In this document: positions 36,949 through 50,043 of the stretch, piece after piece
Position numbering within the stretch: the first letter of the stretch is position 1
How the letters are laid out: every line of letters starts with the position of its first letter
DNA from: Negaprion brevirostris
Lineage: Eukaryota
Length of the DNA: 64,000 bases
Reading direction: 5' to 3'
Assembly (NCBI GenBank): GCA_030324005.1
Contig: JARDVH010000031.1
Location: forward strand, 70,784,954-70,848,953
The notes under the pieces: generated by a model
Databases searched by the model: none
What the model saw: the letters and a program-made list of their open reading frames with translations, nothing else
Told to the model about the DNA's origin: nothing
Made by a program: the position numbers and the translations under genes

Positions 36949-38496
36949 CTGCAGCCAGGGAGGGAAAAGGGAAAGCACAGGCCAAGAGGTCAGCAATCAA
37001 TGGCAGTTAATGGGATGACTGCCCGGATGGTATGACTGGAATCGCTGCAATCTGCTGCTTCAAGTGCCATCATTACAGTGGCCTCTGCACACTTCGATTC
37101 CCCATACACACCCAGGCCAAGCTTGTATGTGTCATTTCATACTGTGTCTGGAACTTCAGACGACAATTTGATACACTTTTTTTTAAAAAAATGCACTTAT
37201 TCTCAATAATTCCACTGAAACTTCTGACACACTTTCAAGAAAGCTTGGCCACAAAACTTAATAGTCCAACATTTATAAATGCAAAAGGATAATAATCTAT
37301 GACCAAACAATACAGCATTTTAAACTAGCCATTTCACATACCATAATTAAAAAGAAAGCAAAATGCAATCACTTTTTTTTGACTTTTTGTTTTGGAGGCA
37401 TGACTAATTCTGAATGACGTCTTCACATCATGTTAATGTCAATGAGGATAATAATATGTTGGGATTTCCCGTTGAAATATTCAAAAGGAAGCCATTTTGC
37501 AATAAAACCAGAATTTTTTAAAAAATCAGTCACTTCTTGCAGTGAACACTACAGGAATTTGCAAGGATTTTGTTTGCACCGTACACTTCAGAGGGAGCAT
37601 TTGGCTCTCACTGGGGTGACATGAAAATAATAAGAAAGTGTGTACAACCGTGAATATTTTGTGTGAAGAGAAGGAAAAAACATTCAAAGGTAAAACTGGA
37701 GTTCTTTGAAACCCGGGAATAGTGTGATAATGCAGAAACCATTGAGTGCACTTGCATATGTGAAAACAGCATTAGTCACACAGATTCAAAATGAAATAAG
37801 ATTAATGTTTAAAAATATGAGTAGTATAAAGCCCACGTAATAAATGGCAATGTTAAGCTTTTTTAAAAAATAGAAGAATACTGTCCCTTTGAAAGTTAGG
37901 CCATTCAAGTTTTTTTAACTATCAGTTAATGGCCAGGCAAGGCAAATCTTAACACCTCTGTGTTTATTGCTCCCAAATTGAAGTACCGATTTAATCTCTC
38001 TACAAGGACCTCGCTTAAGGAAAAATAAAAGCTGGAACTGTGCTTGAAGTTTCGGTCATGCATAAGGTGGAAGCATTTAAGGTTTTAAATGACAACCTGA
38101 GATTACAGCAAGAGACATGGAAACTGGTGACAACCACGTCATCTCCCTAAAATCAATCATGCTTTTCTCCCCATCTGTTGGCTGAAACTGGCCCATTTGT
38201 ACCGGAGGCCAATAATGCTTTTAAAATATTCACAGCTGCACTCTGGTTGCTACTCTGGGGTATAAATGGGGTGTAGTTTAATGATGTTGTTATAACCCAA
38301 ACAAATTGCAAACTTAACAGAAGGCAGGAACTAAAAAGCATGTTAGTTGAATCCATCCTGTCTATTTGAAATTTGTACCCAACTTTCAATTATAGACATT
38401 CCTCTCATAATAGTGGGTGTTGCATGTAATTTTTCAATTTTGTTCAGGTAAGGTGATTTAAGTGTCACTGTTGATGTTAGTGGTTACCAAAAATCT

Positions 38497-38845
38497 GGGC
38501 GGCATGGTGGCACAGTGGTTAGCACTTGCTACCTCACGGCGCCATGGACCCAGGTTCATTGCTAGTCTCAAGTGATTGTCTATGTGGAGTTTGTTCTCAT
38601 GTTGTCCCTGTGTCTGCTTGGATTTCCTCCGGATGTTCCCATTTCCTTCCACAGTCCAAAGATGTGCAGGTCAGGTGGATTGGCCATGCTAAATTGCCCC
38701 TTAGTGGCCCAAGATGCATAGGTTAGAATTAGCAGGGTAAATACTTGGGGTTACATAACAGGGCCTGGGTGAAGGGCTCTATCAAAGAGTCGGTGCAGAA
38801 TCGATGAACTGAATAACCTCCTTCTGCACTGTAGGGATTCTATGA
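38497..38845 (+). mobile_element. HE1-like V-SINE, full length
   Basis: GGGCGGCATGGTGGCACAGTGGTTAGCAC head through CTGCACTGTAGGGATTCTATGA tail. Confidence 0.92.
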
Positions 38846-39579
38846 AAAGGGCAGACTATTGGAAAGTCCAATCCTTCTTGTGATTTACCAACCTTGAAGT
38901 GCAAAAAAATTCATAAAGGGAGGATTCATATAAACTATTGCAGGTGAGACAGGCACAGATCTGGGATGTTTCTTTGGAAGGAAAATGGAGACAGGAAGTG
39001 TATTCTTTTGGGGAGTTTGAGTGAGAGGACATACAGCTAACAAATTTGAAACCTGACTTCCAGTTAGTTGTTTTGGAACACATTTGTCATGGGAATGTTT
39101 TGATTCTAAACACTGCAGGGTGGTAAATTCAATAGTCCAACCTGGCAGATAGTGTTGAAAATAGATCATGTGGACCCAAAGCAGATTTATCCCATTCTTC
39201 ACAGTTCAGAGGGAAACCCAGGTCCTTATTATGTCAAAATGTATTGCCTAAGCTGAGCAGCTTTTTAAAATAGATTTTCTTTCAATTTCTTTGGCCAAAT
39301 CCTTTTCCCTGCTCATCTGCAAAATCAAGAAATTTGGCCAAATAGTTCTTAGCACTTTCGGATTGAAGCACCTTATAATTTTGGAGGTGGGAACAAGCAA
39401 CTTTAACAACAAACTTCAACCTTGGAATGTAACATAACATTCATGTATTTCTCAAAGACATTTTATAATCTTGTGATCACTATACTTACAAATTTGTTGT
39501 TTATTATGCTCACCCCCTAGGGGAGTCAAGGCTTTTACCTGCCTGTTGCCAACTGAATTTGTATGGGATGTGGTTGTTG

Positions 39580-40770
39580 TTGGCTCGGTCAGCGTTTAGG
39601 CCCATCCCTAATTGCCCTTGAGAAGATGATGGTGAGCTGCCTTCTTGAACTGCTGCCGTCCCTGTGGTGTAGGTACACCCACAGTGCTGTTAGGGAGGGA
39701 ATTCCAAGATTTTGACCCAGTGACAGTGAAGGAACAGCAATATATTTCCAAGTCAGGATGGTGAGTGACTTGGAGGGGAATTTCCAGGTGGTGGTGTTCC
39801 CAGATATCTGCTGCCCTTGTCCTTCCAGATTGTAACAGTCATGGGTTTGGAAGATGTTGTCTCGGGAGCCCTGGTGAGTTCCTGCAGTGCATCTTGTAGA
39901 TGATACACACTGCTGCCACTGTTCGTTGGTGGTGGAGGGAGTGAATGTTTGTGCTTGGGGTGCCAGTCAAGCGAGTTGCTTTGTTGTGGATGGTATTAAG
40001 TTTCTTGAGTATTGTTGAAGCTGCACTTACCCAGGCAAGTGAACAGTATACTATCACACTACTGACTTGTGCCTTGTAGATGGTGGACAGGATTTGGGGA
40101 ATTAGGAGGTGAGTTACTCACTGCAGGATTCCTGGCTGCTGACCTGCTCTTGTAGCCACAGTATTTATATAGCTAATCTAGTTACATTTCTGGCCAATGG
40201 TAACCTCCAGAATGTTGATAGTGGAACATTCAGTGACAATAATGCCGCTGAATGTCAAGGGGCAATGATTAGATTCTTTCTTGCTGGAGATGGTCATTGC
40301 CTGGCACTTTGTGGCATGAATGTTACTTGCCACTTGTCAGCCCAATCCTGGATATTGTCCAGGTCTTGCTGCATTTGGACATGGACTGCTTCAATATCTG
40401 AGGATTTGCAAATGGTGCTGAACATTGTGCAATCATTAGCGAACATCCCCACTTCTGACCTTGTGATGGAAGGAAGGTCATTGATGAAGCAGCTGAAGAT
40501 GGTTGGGCCTAGGACACTACCCTGAGGAACTCCTGCAGTGATGTCCTGGAACTGAGATGATTGACCTCCAACTACCACAACCATCTTCCTTTGTGCCAGG
40601 TATGACTCCTTCCAGCGGAGGGTTTTCCCCCTGATTTCCATTGATTCCAGTTTTGCTAGGGCTCCTTGATGCCATACTTGGTCAAATGCTGCCTTGATGT
40701 AAAGGGCAGTCACTCTCACCTCTTGAATTCAGCTCTTTTGTCCATGTTTGAACCAAAGCTGTAATGAGGA
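39580..40770 (-). mobile_element. 5'-truncated LINE (CR1/L2 group) with reverse-transcriptase remnant
   Basis: ORF 40294..40719 contains AAFDQVWH...AGVPQGSVLGPTIFSCFINDL...MFANDC (RT core, with FADD mutated to FAND). ORF 39839..40057 continues ORF2. Confidence 0.92.
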
Positions 40771-43134
40771 AATGGCTGGAATGAGAAAAACAGCTACTGT
40801 TTCACAACTTATCAACTCAGTTTGTTGTTGTGTATTATCTAGACTATTCATCACCCTAACATAAAGATCACACGTTTAAAAATAAATAAACAGTGTCAAT
40901 AGTAGAATGCCCAATTTGAGCACTAGAATGTAAATACATATTTAAAATAAGTAAGTATTTGGTGCTGTAGTATATGCCCTTTTGTTTGTAGAAATTGATA
41001 CTTTTTATAAGAAATGGGTTATATTAAAGGGGAGAGCTGCTTTGCTCTATGTTATCCGAAATAGCCCAGAATATTAATCTCAGCAATATTTGTGTAGCAT
41101 AAGGATGCACTTGCACCACAAAGAATGTAGAAATGTTTAGATATATGTTTTGTCCCATAAACTTTGTGCATTTAAAAATGTATACTTAATATATTTTTTA
41201 CATGGTGGGAATAACTTTTCAGAAATATTATCATCCCTGTTAAACTACAATTGCTATTACTGGAGAACTGCGGAATTGGTCAGCTAATGGAGGCAATGCT
41301 TCAACTTAATAGGAAATGGACATTTTGAGGGTAGAAATATTGTTTTTGCAATATTGTTGTTTTTGGTTAAACTCACAATATGCAGTGAGCTTGAAACAGG
41401 CCTGTATAAAGCTGCCCCACAAAAGCTCTTCAAATGATTCAGTTAAAAATGAGCTTCAAAAATGAATGTCCATTCAATTCTGATATCTTCAGTTTAATTT
41501 GCTACATTCTAACGATACAGCAGTGCCGATTTTCATCCCTGTTGTTTTTTGAAGAATGGCAATCCAAAATGGAGATGTTCCATTCTCCACAAGCATGCTT
41601 TCAGAGCAAGCCAAGAAACAAATGCGTATGTCCCACAATAAAAATTGATGGATGCCAACTGAAGTATGCCGATAGGGGTTTTACACTATGGAAACACCTT
41701 CTGGGTACACCAAAGAAGCATTCATCCAATGAACACTGAGTTGACAAACCAGCAGGCTTACAAGGGACCATTGCAAGCCACTCTCAAACCATGGGACAAA
41801 TCACTCTGGTGGTCAAAAATGAACATTAATGCTTCTTCATCCATCTCCATCAATGTGTTCCTAATTGCTACCTATCCCTCTGTGCCCACTTTCCTGCCCC
41901 CAGCCCCACAAACCCCCCTCCAATTCCCATCCCCCTTCCACTAACCCCACACCTGCAGTGCAGTCAGATTTCCTTCAATATTTACCCACCTTACCCCCAG
42001 TTCGGTGAACTGTTTGTCAGTGCTCATTGAGCACTTGTAGCTCATCAGGCGAACCTGTAATAAGGCCAAACCAGGAAATGGTTCGGGTCTCTCACTGCTG
42101 CCATCGGGTAAGCAGTTCAATCACTTCACCCACCTCAATATAACACTAAGTGAGATGTGCCCATAAATGTTTACATTCTTTGTGGTGCAAGTGCAACCTT
42201 GTGCTACCCAGATATTGCTGAGATTAATATTCAATGGACCATTTCAGATAACACAGAGCAAAGCAGCTTTCCCCTTTAATACAACCCAATTCTTAAAAAA
42301 AGCTTCAATTTCTACAAAAAAGGGCATATATTACTGCACCCAAATGCTTACTTATTTTAAATATATATCTGCATTCTAGCATTGAAACTAGGTATTCTAC
42401 TGTTAACACTTTATTTATTTTTAAAATGTGTGACATTTATGTTAGTGTGATGAGTAGTGTAGATAATACAAAAAATGGTTTTAAAGAATTTTAATAAACA
42501 ACTATCTAACTCACATTTGCAAAGGTAGGAATGGGTGGTGGGTCAATTAATCTACTGATTAAGTGAGCGTTGTGTGCATGAATTGCAAAGCTGTAATTGT
42601 CTGTGTAAGAAATCATGCTTGCAAAGCAGCTATCCTGTCTGAACATTCATAAATATCAATAGTAAAGCCACACTAGTTAAAAACAATAATAAACATCTGC
42701 CCTTTGGACCTGTTCATCTTTTTAATTTTCCACTACTTTGCTTCTGATCTTCCCTACTCTATCCCTTATATTTCAGGAATGGTGAATCATGCTGGGTCCT
42801 TTTGTATTGGCATATGTAAACACTTTTCAAATCTGCTTCTCAACAATATGTGCCAGTCCTGAGGCAAATCGAGACCATCATAACTGAGCCTGAGTGCCCT
42901 TTCCCAACTTGCGTGCTTTCAGCTTCAATTGGGTTTTGTTTGCAGAAAGTGTGGTGATCTGAGCTAGTTCTCTTTCTAAACCAGGAATGCTTAGATCAGC
43001 ACCAGCAAGAGCACCTGGTTATCTCTTTGCTGGCTCAGTGTCAAAACTGATGACAGACTTCACAGTTTTGGCTGTTTTAAACTAACTAAGCCTGGGGAGT
43101 TCCAAAATTGAGTGCCTTTGCACTGCCTAACTCA

Positions 43135-43580
43135 TTGTGCTGGATTTCACACCCCCAATCCTGCACCCACATTGCAAGAACTGGCCAGCAGCCAACAGAT
43201 CTGAAAGAACCCTGTCCCACAGCCATAATAGAGCAGAAAATGGAACTTGATCTCCTCAGAGGGAAGTCCTGCCCTCAACAGCTGACAGGAATCTGATAGG
43301 TTGACAGCTCTAGCAGTCCCAGCAGCGCCATAACTCAGTAGTGGGCACTGCTGGTACTGCAAGGAGGTCCTGGAATGAAGAGGACATAGATGCTGGAGAG
43401 GGGACCTTGACCTTGAGGGACTGGAGAGCCCAGGGAGGAGAATGAGAGCAGCCCATCTGCTGTCTTAAGGGGAACAGCTCAGGAATAGGCAGCAAGGCTT
43501 GATAGCCTTCATATTTTACATATCCCTCCCATACTCACTGAAAAAATGCACAGTGGGGGTCCGTAAAATTCAACCCACAA
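43135..43580. mobile_element. Non-autonomous DNA-transposon-like element (Harbinger-type ends) with an internal hairpin
   Basis: Ends GTGCTGGATTTCAC...GTAAAATTCAACCCAC. Internal inverted repeat GCAGTCCCAGCAGCGCC / GGCACTGCTGGTACTGC at about 43313-43360. Confidence 0.5.
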
Positions 43581-44000
43581 CTGCATTGCATCATTGGGTG
43601 AAGTTTTACGGCCCTTAATGTCGATGAGACTTTTGAACAACTCATCACATTTTGCGACCCCACTCCTGCCAGAGGAGGGGGTTGAGGGACATTACTGGCA
43701 AATTAGATCCTATTCTTATCCAACATCCATCCACATCTCTGTATTTTCCAGCAGAAATCACTGGATAACAGCAAAAATGAGGAGCTTGGTTTTTTATCCC
43801 CTTCCTAGTCCTGGGTCAGGGAGCATAAATGCAGTGCCCCAAATGCTGCCCCAACTCAGTTTGCCTAAGGCAGCCTGTTTCAGGAATTAGACTGACTTCA
43901 CTTACTCACTTACTACACTGGTTGATGTATTTAATCATTGGAAACCATGGGTGGCAGTGGTGCGGTCTCATTTTTCAGTATAGTATTACACTGGTTATAT

Positions 44001-44310
44001 GGGGTGGCACAGTGGTCAGTACTGCTGCCTTACAGCTCCAGGGATGCAGGTTAAATTCCAGGCTCAGTCACTGTCTGAGTGGAGTTTGCACTTTCTCCCC
44101 ATGTCTCTGTGGGCTTCCTGCGGGTGCTCCAGTTTCCTCCCACGTGTGTGGGTTAGGCTGACTGGCCATGCCAAATTGACTCTAATGTCAGGGAGATTAG
44201 CAGGGTAAACGTGTGGGGTTACAGGAATAGGGACAGGGTGGGAAGGTGGTCAGTCAGTACAGACTTGATGGGCCAAATGGCCTCCTTCTGTACTGTAGGG
44301 ATCCTATTCT
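44001..44310 (+). mobile_element. HE1-like V-SINE
   Basis: GGGGTGGCACAGTGG head, GTGGAGTTTGCAC core and GATGGGCCAAATGGCCTCCTTCTG tail. Confidence 0.9.
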
Positions 44311-44775
44311 AGTCTAATGTGAAGAATTCTGATACTGTTTAAAGGAGTGATAGTGAGTCATTATCTTATGTAATAATCAAATGAACAGGATAATGCCTTT
44401 AAAATGACTCTTTCAAATGGGTACATGCTTAAGTGGAGTGAACAGTATCAAAGTAAATGGTTATAAAGTATTCCTACCTATATTGGCTGTTCTCAGTGTG
44501 TGACTATTCATTGGTTAAACAAATGCTAAAATAGTATTTGTAAAGTGAATGTGTGGCACAAAACATACCGCTATGAAAAATGCACTGCTTGCAATGACAT
44601 ATCTGACAGTTTATGGCAAAATGTTCCATGCTATATCCGATGCAAGGCCTTTGACAGCTGTTACAGACCCTCCCCCCCCCCCACCCCCCAAGTTTAAAGG
44701 TAAACACTGAAGCATGCAGTGAATTTATGGTGTACAAATATCAGCGCAATGGCTACCATTGTGAGAGAGGCTCAC

Positions 44776-44964
44776 CATTGTCCTCCTGCCCATTGGCCTC
44801 TGGTGTTCCATGCCGGGACAGTTCCTCGGGTGCTTCTGGATAGATAATGGCTGTATCACTCCGCTGTAAGTATTCTGCAATGCTAACCGCATGGCTGTCT
44901 CCTTCTTCAAGCTTCCGTTTGGCAAAATACTCCTCAAAATCTGACGTGCAATCTATACTCTTTC
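44776..44964 (-). CDS. ZEB2: ZEB2 coding exon 5 equivalent (189 bp): (G)[62 protein letters not shown]
   Basis: ttttag|GAAAGAGT...GACAATG|gtgagc. Contains the ZEB-family [12 protein letters not shown] motif and is in frame with both flanking exons. Confidence 0.97.
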
Positions 44965-45689
44965 CTAAAATAATACATTGAGAAAAGGAGGGAGGAAGAA
45001 GAATGTCAGTCCAATCTTTCTATACAAGCCAGAGTGACTTGGCATCTAGCAAGTCACAATGTGCAGTTCAGAAGGCCTGCAATTCTACTTGGAATTTCTG
45101 CTTCCCCATACTGTTTAGCTCTTGTGGGAACTCTAACTGTTAGGTGGAGATAGCTGAAATAATCACAAACAAAGCAAATAAAACCACAGTCTTCATTAGC
45201 CAGGAAATGACAGGCCCTTATTGGTACATGCTGATTACAAGCCTAAACTGCCTGACTTGCTGGCATGCCAAGTTTTACTTCTGTTTTCCTCAGCCTTGTT
45301 ATCTTTCAGGGTTTTTCCTTGAATTTTTTTTTGTTACAGACATTTCAAACTTACGCTGGAAACCTAGGTGCTATTTAAAGAGAAAAAACATTTACTACAA
45401 GAAACTATGTATTTCAGTGACAATCTGTCTGCCTTCAGCTTCTATGCTCCCAGAAAGAGGATTTTCTCTCCAGTCCAGTAACTACAAGTTTGTGGCATAA
45501 AAGATAAAAGTTTGGCAGTGTATTGACACATTATAGTAGTTACTGTCGCATACTCTGTCACACAATAGGAGGTAAATTGTATCGACACTGAAAACAGGCA
45601 AAATTAATAGGTGCCTGTTGATTGCAATACAGGCAGCATGCAAACATTGTGCGCCTCTCTTTTGAATGCTTTGAGCCAATGCTAACCAA

Positions 45690-46015
45690 GGATGACGGGT
45701 GACCTTAATGAGGTTTATAAAATCATGAATGGCCCAGATAAGGTGAATAGCCAAGGTTTATTTTCCCCAGGATAGGAGAGTGCAAAACCAGAGGGCAAAG
45801 GTTTAAGGTGAGAGGGGAAAGATTGAAAAGGGATCTAAAGGTCAGCTTTTGCACACAGATGGTGGTGCGTATTTGGAATGGNNNNNNNNNNGTTGGTAGA
45901 GGTGGGTACAATTCCAATATTTAAAAAGACATTTGAACAGGTAAATGGATAGGAAAGATTTAGAAAGACATGGGCCAAATGCCGGCAAATTCAATGAGTT
46001 CAGTTCAGGAAACCA
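45690..46015 (+). mobile_element. CR1 LINE 3' fragment
   Basis: GGGTGACCTTA..GAGGTTTATAAAATCATGA (GDLIEVYKIM-like) and AAAACCAGAGGGCA..GGTTTAAGGTGAGAGGGG. Confidence 0.85.
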
Positions 46016-46020
46016 CTTAA

Positions 46021-46110
46021 CGCTAGCCCCCACTGCTTAAAGCTAGCCCCCACTGCTTAAAGCCAGCCCATACTGCTTAAAGCTAGCCCACACTCCTTAA
46101 AGCTAGCCTG
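46021..46110. repeat. Minisatellite, 20-bp unit CACTGCTTAAAGCTAGCCCC, about 4.5 copies
   Basis: Directly visible tandem copies with a few substitutions. Confidence 0.9.
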
Positions 46111-46210
46111 CAACTCCGAAAGAGGAAGTAGTTTGTAGTCAAAGCAGATGCTGGGATTCATTTTTGAAGAGAAACTAACCTGGGAAAGAGTGAGGATTGA
46201 CACAACAGGA

Positions 46211-46433
46211 AGAGTGTCTGCTCCATGTTTTTTGGAGCGAAACTGGAAGTTTTGGTGAAGGATATGGTAAAGAGGAAAGTTGTCCTGTATCGGCAGAGGA
46301 AGGAGACCTTCCAGACACATGGTCAAAAGGCAGTAGGAGCAGATAGCTATGAAGGTCAATGTCAGGAGAAAAGCCCTGAAGACCTGAATGCAGTGCCACA
46401 AGAAATATAATGACCCCACATGAGCGGTCAAGG
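46211..46433 (+). pseudogene. Disabled Myb/SANT-like (trihelix) DNA-binding ORF of a PIF/Harbinger transposon (NAIF1/MSANTD-like)
   Basis: With two frameshifts it reads RVSAPCF/FGAKLEVLVKDMVKRKVVLY/RRPSRHMVKRQ*EQIAMKVNVRRKALKT*MQCHKKYND. The stops TAG and TGA fall where Trp (TGG) would be expected. Confidence 0.7.
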
Positions 46434-46955
46434 TCATTAAATAAATCTTCAAATGTCACAGCCAAACAACTGCACCAGCAGCCATGGCCACTGCTCAAAT
46501 CATCCCCCATTGCTCACCCACAAATGATCTCGATTAACAGCAGACTGTGGAAGTATTGTTTTAGCATGACAATGCTCCACCAGATTTCACTTGACAGTGT
46601 GATTTTCATTGGATGCAAACTGTACAGAGGTGTGAGGTTGCACACCAGAGTCATAAGCCATATTGTCAATGGATAGCTCTTGTCACCCTTTGTTTTGTCT
46701 TGGCTTAAATGCAGTGGACTGCCATGGAATGAAGGCATCATGATTACTGCCACGATATTGGACGCTGACTTGCATGACTCATTGCCTATGCTCATTCACC
46801 AGCTGGACGTTGAAGGAGTGGAATTAATTTGGTTTCTGGCATATGGCATAGTTGACATGTGACATCCAGAAAGCTAAATGTATGCAGTCAATGGCACCCT
46901 GCACTCTGGTATGTCCTGCAATCCTAGCAAAGATATGTGTTTACTCCACCTATTT

Positions 46956-47604
46956 GGGTTTGGCAAGAGAGACTGAAATGTTGTTAGCGCGCTTTGAACA
47001 GAAAACCTGAGTGATTTCCTTCACTCAATTATGTGTGATTGGCAAACTGTGATAGATTGCAAATATCTCCAGCTCCAGCCTGGAAGTCACCAGATGCATA
47101 AAGTTCATCACCGTGGTCAACTCCCACTGGCAAAGTCCGTGTTCCATAACTGAATTTTAAAAAAAGAAGTATTTAAAGTGATCATCAGACCAGCCCCTTG
47201 CAGATTAAGTACTTGTTGATTCCATTTGGCCATTGTTATTATGCTATTAGTGCTTATGGCTTTCCTATAGCCCTTTCAAATCGCCAAAGTCTATAAGCAT
47301 CTGCTGAAGGACTTTTTGTTGAATTCAAACCATCTACACAAACCAGTTGCTTCCAAATGTGGTTGCACAAGTAGGNNNNNNNNNNNNNNNNNNNNNNNNN
47401 NNNNNNNNNNNNNNNNNNNNNNNNNNNNNNNNNNNNNNNNNNNNNNNNNNNNNNNNNNNNNNNNNNNNNNNNNNNNNNNNNNNNNNNNNNNNNATATTTG
47501 CAATCTATCACAGTTTGCCAATCACACATAATTGAGTGAAGGAAATCACTCAGGTTTTCTGTTCAAAGCGAGCTAACGACATTTCAGTCTCTCTTGCCAA
47601 ACCC
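46956..47604. mobile_element. Element with at least 111-bp terminal inverted repeats (MITE/foldback-like); interior partly in a gap
   Basis: 46956-47066 is the reverse complement of 47494-47604 with about 2 mismatches. Confidence 0.65.
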
Positions 47605-47609
47605 TAACT

Positions 47610-47890
47610 AGCCTCCATTTCGGAGGGCATCTGAGAGTCAACCACATTGCTGTGCATTTGGAGTCAAATGTGGGCCAGACAAGGCTACGACGGCAGATTT
47701 ATTTTCCAAAAGCACATTAGTGAACCAGATGGGTTTTTACGATAATCGGCAATGGTTTCATGATCATCATTAGACTTTTAATTCCAGATTTTTACTGAGT
47801 TCAAATTTCACCATCCGCCATGGTGGGATTTGAATCCAAGTCACCAGGTTTTGCCCTGGGTCTCTGGATTACTAGTCCAGTAACAGTGTA
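47610..47890 (-). mobile_element. LINE 3' tail fragment (family also at 53185-53520 and 57070-57230)
   Basis: GAGTCAACCACATTGCTGTG...GGAGTCA...GGCCAGAC...CTGGATTACTAGTCCAGT is shared between copies. Confidence 0.7.
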
Positions 47891-49971
47891 TTAGAAGAAG
47901 AACAACAACATTCCTTCATGGTGAATTCCTGAATTATCAAGGGGAATGCCAAGTTAAAGCTAGGTGTTTTCCCACTGTGTTACCCAAAAATCTTCCTATG
48001 TTTCTTAGTGGTGAAGTCGAGAATAACAGGTCAATTATCTGCCACTTCTCTACATACTAAGCAGAAAAATGGCCGGCAATGGCTCTCATGGAAGTTCTCG
48101 TGTTGGAGTGGGTAACAGGATTGATGGTCTGGATGTGAAGAGTACAGTGTCAAGTGGAGCACTCTTGCTGCAACTGGCTTGACAGAAAAGTTGTTTTTAT
48201 TTTTAAGTTCCATTTAAGTTCCAGCCAAAGGGACCACTGAAAGATCACAAGTCCATCAGGCCTTTGATAATATATTTAATAGATGATAACATATTCAATA
48301 AGCATTAGGCTGCAAATTGATATATTCAAGCAGCTTTATCATTTTTTTAGGCTACAGAAAAATGAATGCACAAAGCCTGAACAGACTGGATACAGATCCC
48401 ACTAAATTGGGATGCTTTGACCCTATGTTATGTTGAAAAATGGGCACAATACATGCCAGTCTCTATGCCATAATCTAAGCTAATGCATCATTACAGCACT
48501 GAGAGACTACTGCATTGTTACTACTCAATTTTCAAGGCTAGCATGGTCACTAAACATAAATACTAATAGTCCTTGAGTCATGATCTAGTCAAGACCAAGG
48601 AGATAGGACACATTTATTTGTTCCTAGTCAAGTGTACTTATCTATGGTAAAATGGAATGCCAGATCTAAATCTAATCACCCTTGCTCACAAATTTGCACC
48701 AATGGACTACACACCCAAAGCTAAGAAAGGTTGTTGAAATGGTAGTGCTGTGTCCCATAAAGAACAGATAAAAGGTCACAAATTCACAGTCCGGCAGAGA
48801 ATTATAAAATTAAAACTGCCAACCATTTGTCAGTCTAAAGGGATGAAGTAATAAAGGGACATAAAATGAATTTGAGTAAGTACTGAACAAAGGAAAAGGT
48901 CTCAAATTTTACAGCTTTTTCCATATTTATAATTTTCAAACTTTCATGAGAACTTTGCAGTTAATCCTGTTAAAGAATAAAAGTTATGAGAGTTTTAAAC
49001 ATCTTTTATTGGCAAAACGTTGCAGCTGAACATCCTATGTGAGTTGGAGAAGCTGCCCTTTCTTTGAAGGTTTGAGGAAATGCAGAAACACACCTGCTGA
49101 TTGGGGTTTTAGGAGTGGAAAGTGGCTGAAAATATATATTTAAATTTATCTTTATTTCTGATGCATTTGCAAAATCAGAAACAGCTTAGCTTGTTGCTTC
49201 TGTTTATTTCAAAACCTGTGACCAGTTTTCACGAGATTAGCAAAATATGTCATAGTGCAACCAGCTACTGGTAAAGTTCCCATCTGAAGCTAAATTTAGA
49301 CCAAAACGTATGTCTCTGTGGTTCAGTGTCGCAACTTTGATTTGCATTCTGGAAAACACCTTGATAGGCTGCACAAAAAAGTGTTCAACCTACTGACTGA
49401 GAGAAAGGAGCTCTTCTGCAGACACCTGCACCAGGACTGTGAGATTTCAATATTATTGCACTATGGTTTTGACGAAAGCTCTTTATCAGGTGGGAAAAAT
49501 GCTTGGAATGCCCGTGAACACATGGTTGCAGGAATGAGGTCAGCCCCCACTTACAATCAGTTGTTGGATTTGCCCAGGAAGCTTTGAACAGCTTAGGTCG
49601 GAATTAAAGGGACCCGGCTCCGTAAATGTCCACTGTTTAATTTACTGGTGTTTACATATAGAATAGCAAATTTAGACTGCAGGGATACACAAGCTTAAGT
49701 GCATCTGCAGCTTTCAAGTCACACACAAGGAACTGAACACACTTGCTTGGTTGGGCATGGAGCAGAGACAGAGGGAGAAAACTGGTGGGAAAGCCCAAGA
49801 AGACCAACTTTAGGCCATTCTGAATACAACCAAAGCCCACAGCTTCACTGGTAGGAGAGTTTCACATAGCCAAGTTAAGTCAGGACAAAGAATTTACTTT
49901 GCAGTAAGACTTTTATAACAAAATATCATACTTGTGCAGGGGGCATGAGGTACAGCTGATATGGTACTCAC

Positions 49972-50043
49972 CTGTACCGTTGCCTCTACCAGGCTGGATT
50001 GTGGCTTCAGGCCCCATAGTGTCATACTCTTCCTTCATTTCTT
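49972..50043 (-). CDS. ZEB2: ZEB2 coding exon, human exon 4 equivalent (72 bp, phase 1-1): (E)EMKEEYDTMGPEATIQPGRGNGT
   Basis: Minus strand reads ctacag|AAGAAATGAAGG...AACGGTACAG|gtgagt. Translation matches recalled ZEB2 EEMKEDYDTMGPEATIQ..NGT. Not in the ORF track because it is too short. Confidence 0.95.

Noticed and set aside
38497-38570. tRNA-like A/B-box sequences here and at 18046, 44001 and 53523
   Set aside because: They are tRNA-derived SINE heads continuing into the SINE body, with no cloverleaf tRNA gene.
46021-46110. Regularly spaced 20-bp repeats as a possible CRISPR-like array
   Set aside because: Head-to-tail units without unique spacers in vertebrate DNA, so a minisatellite.
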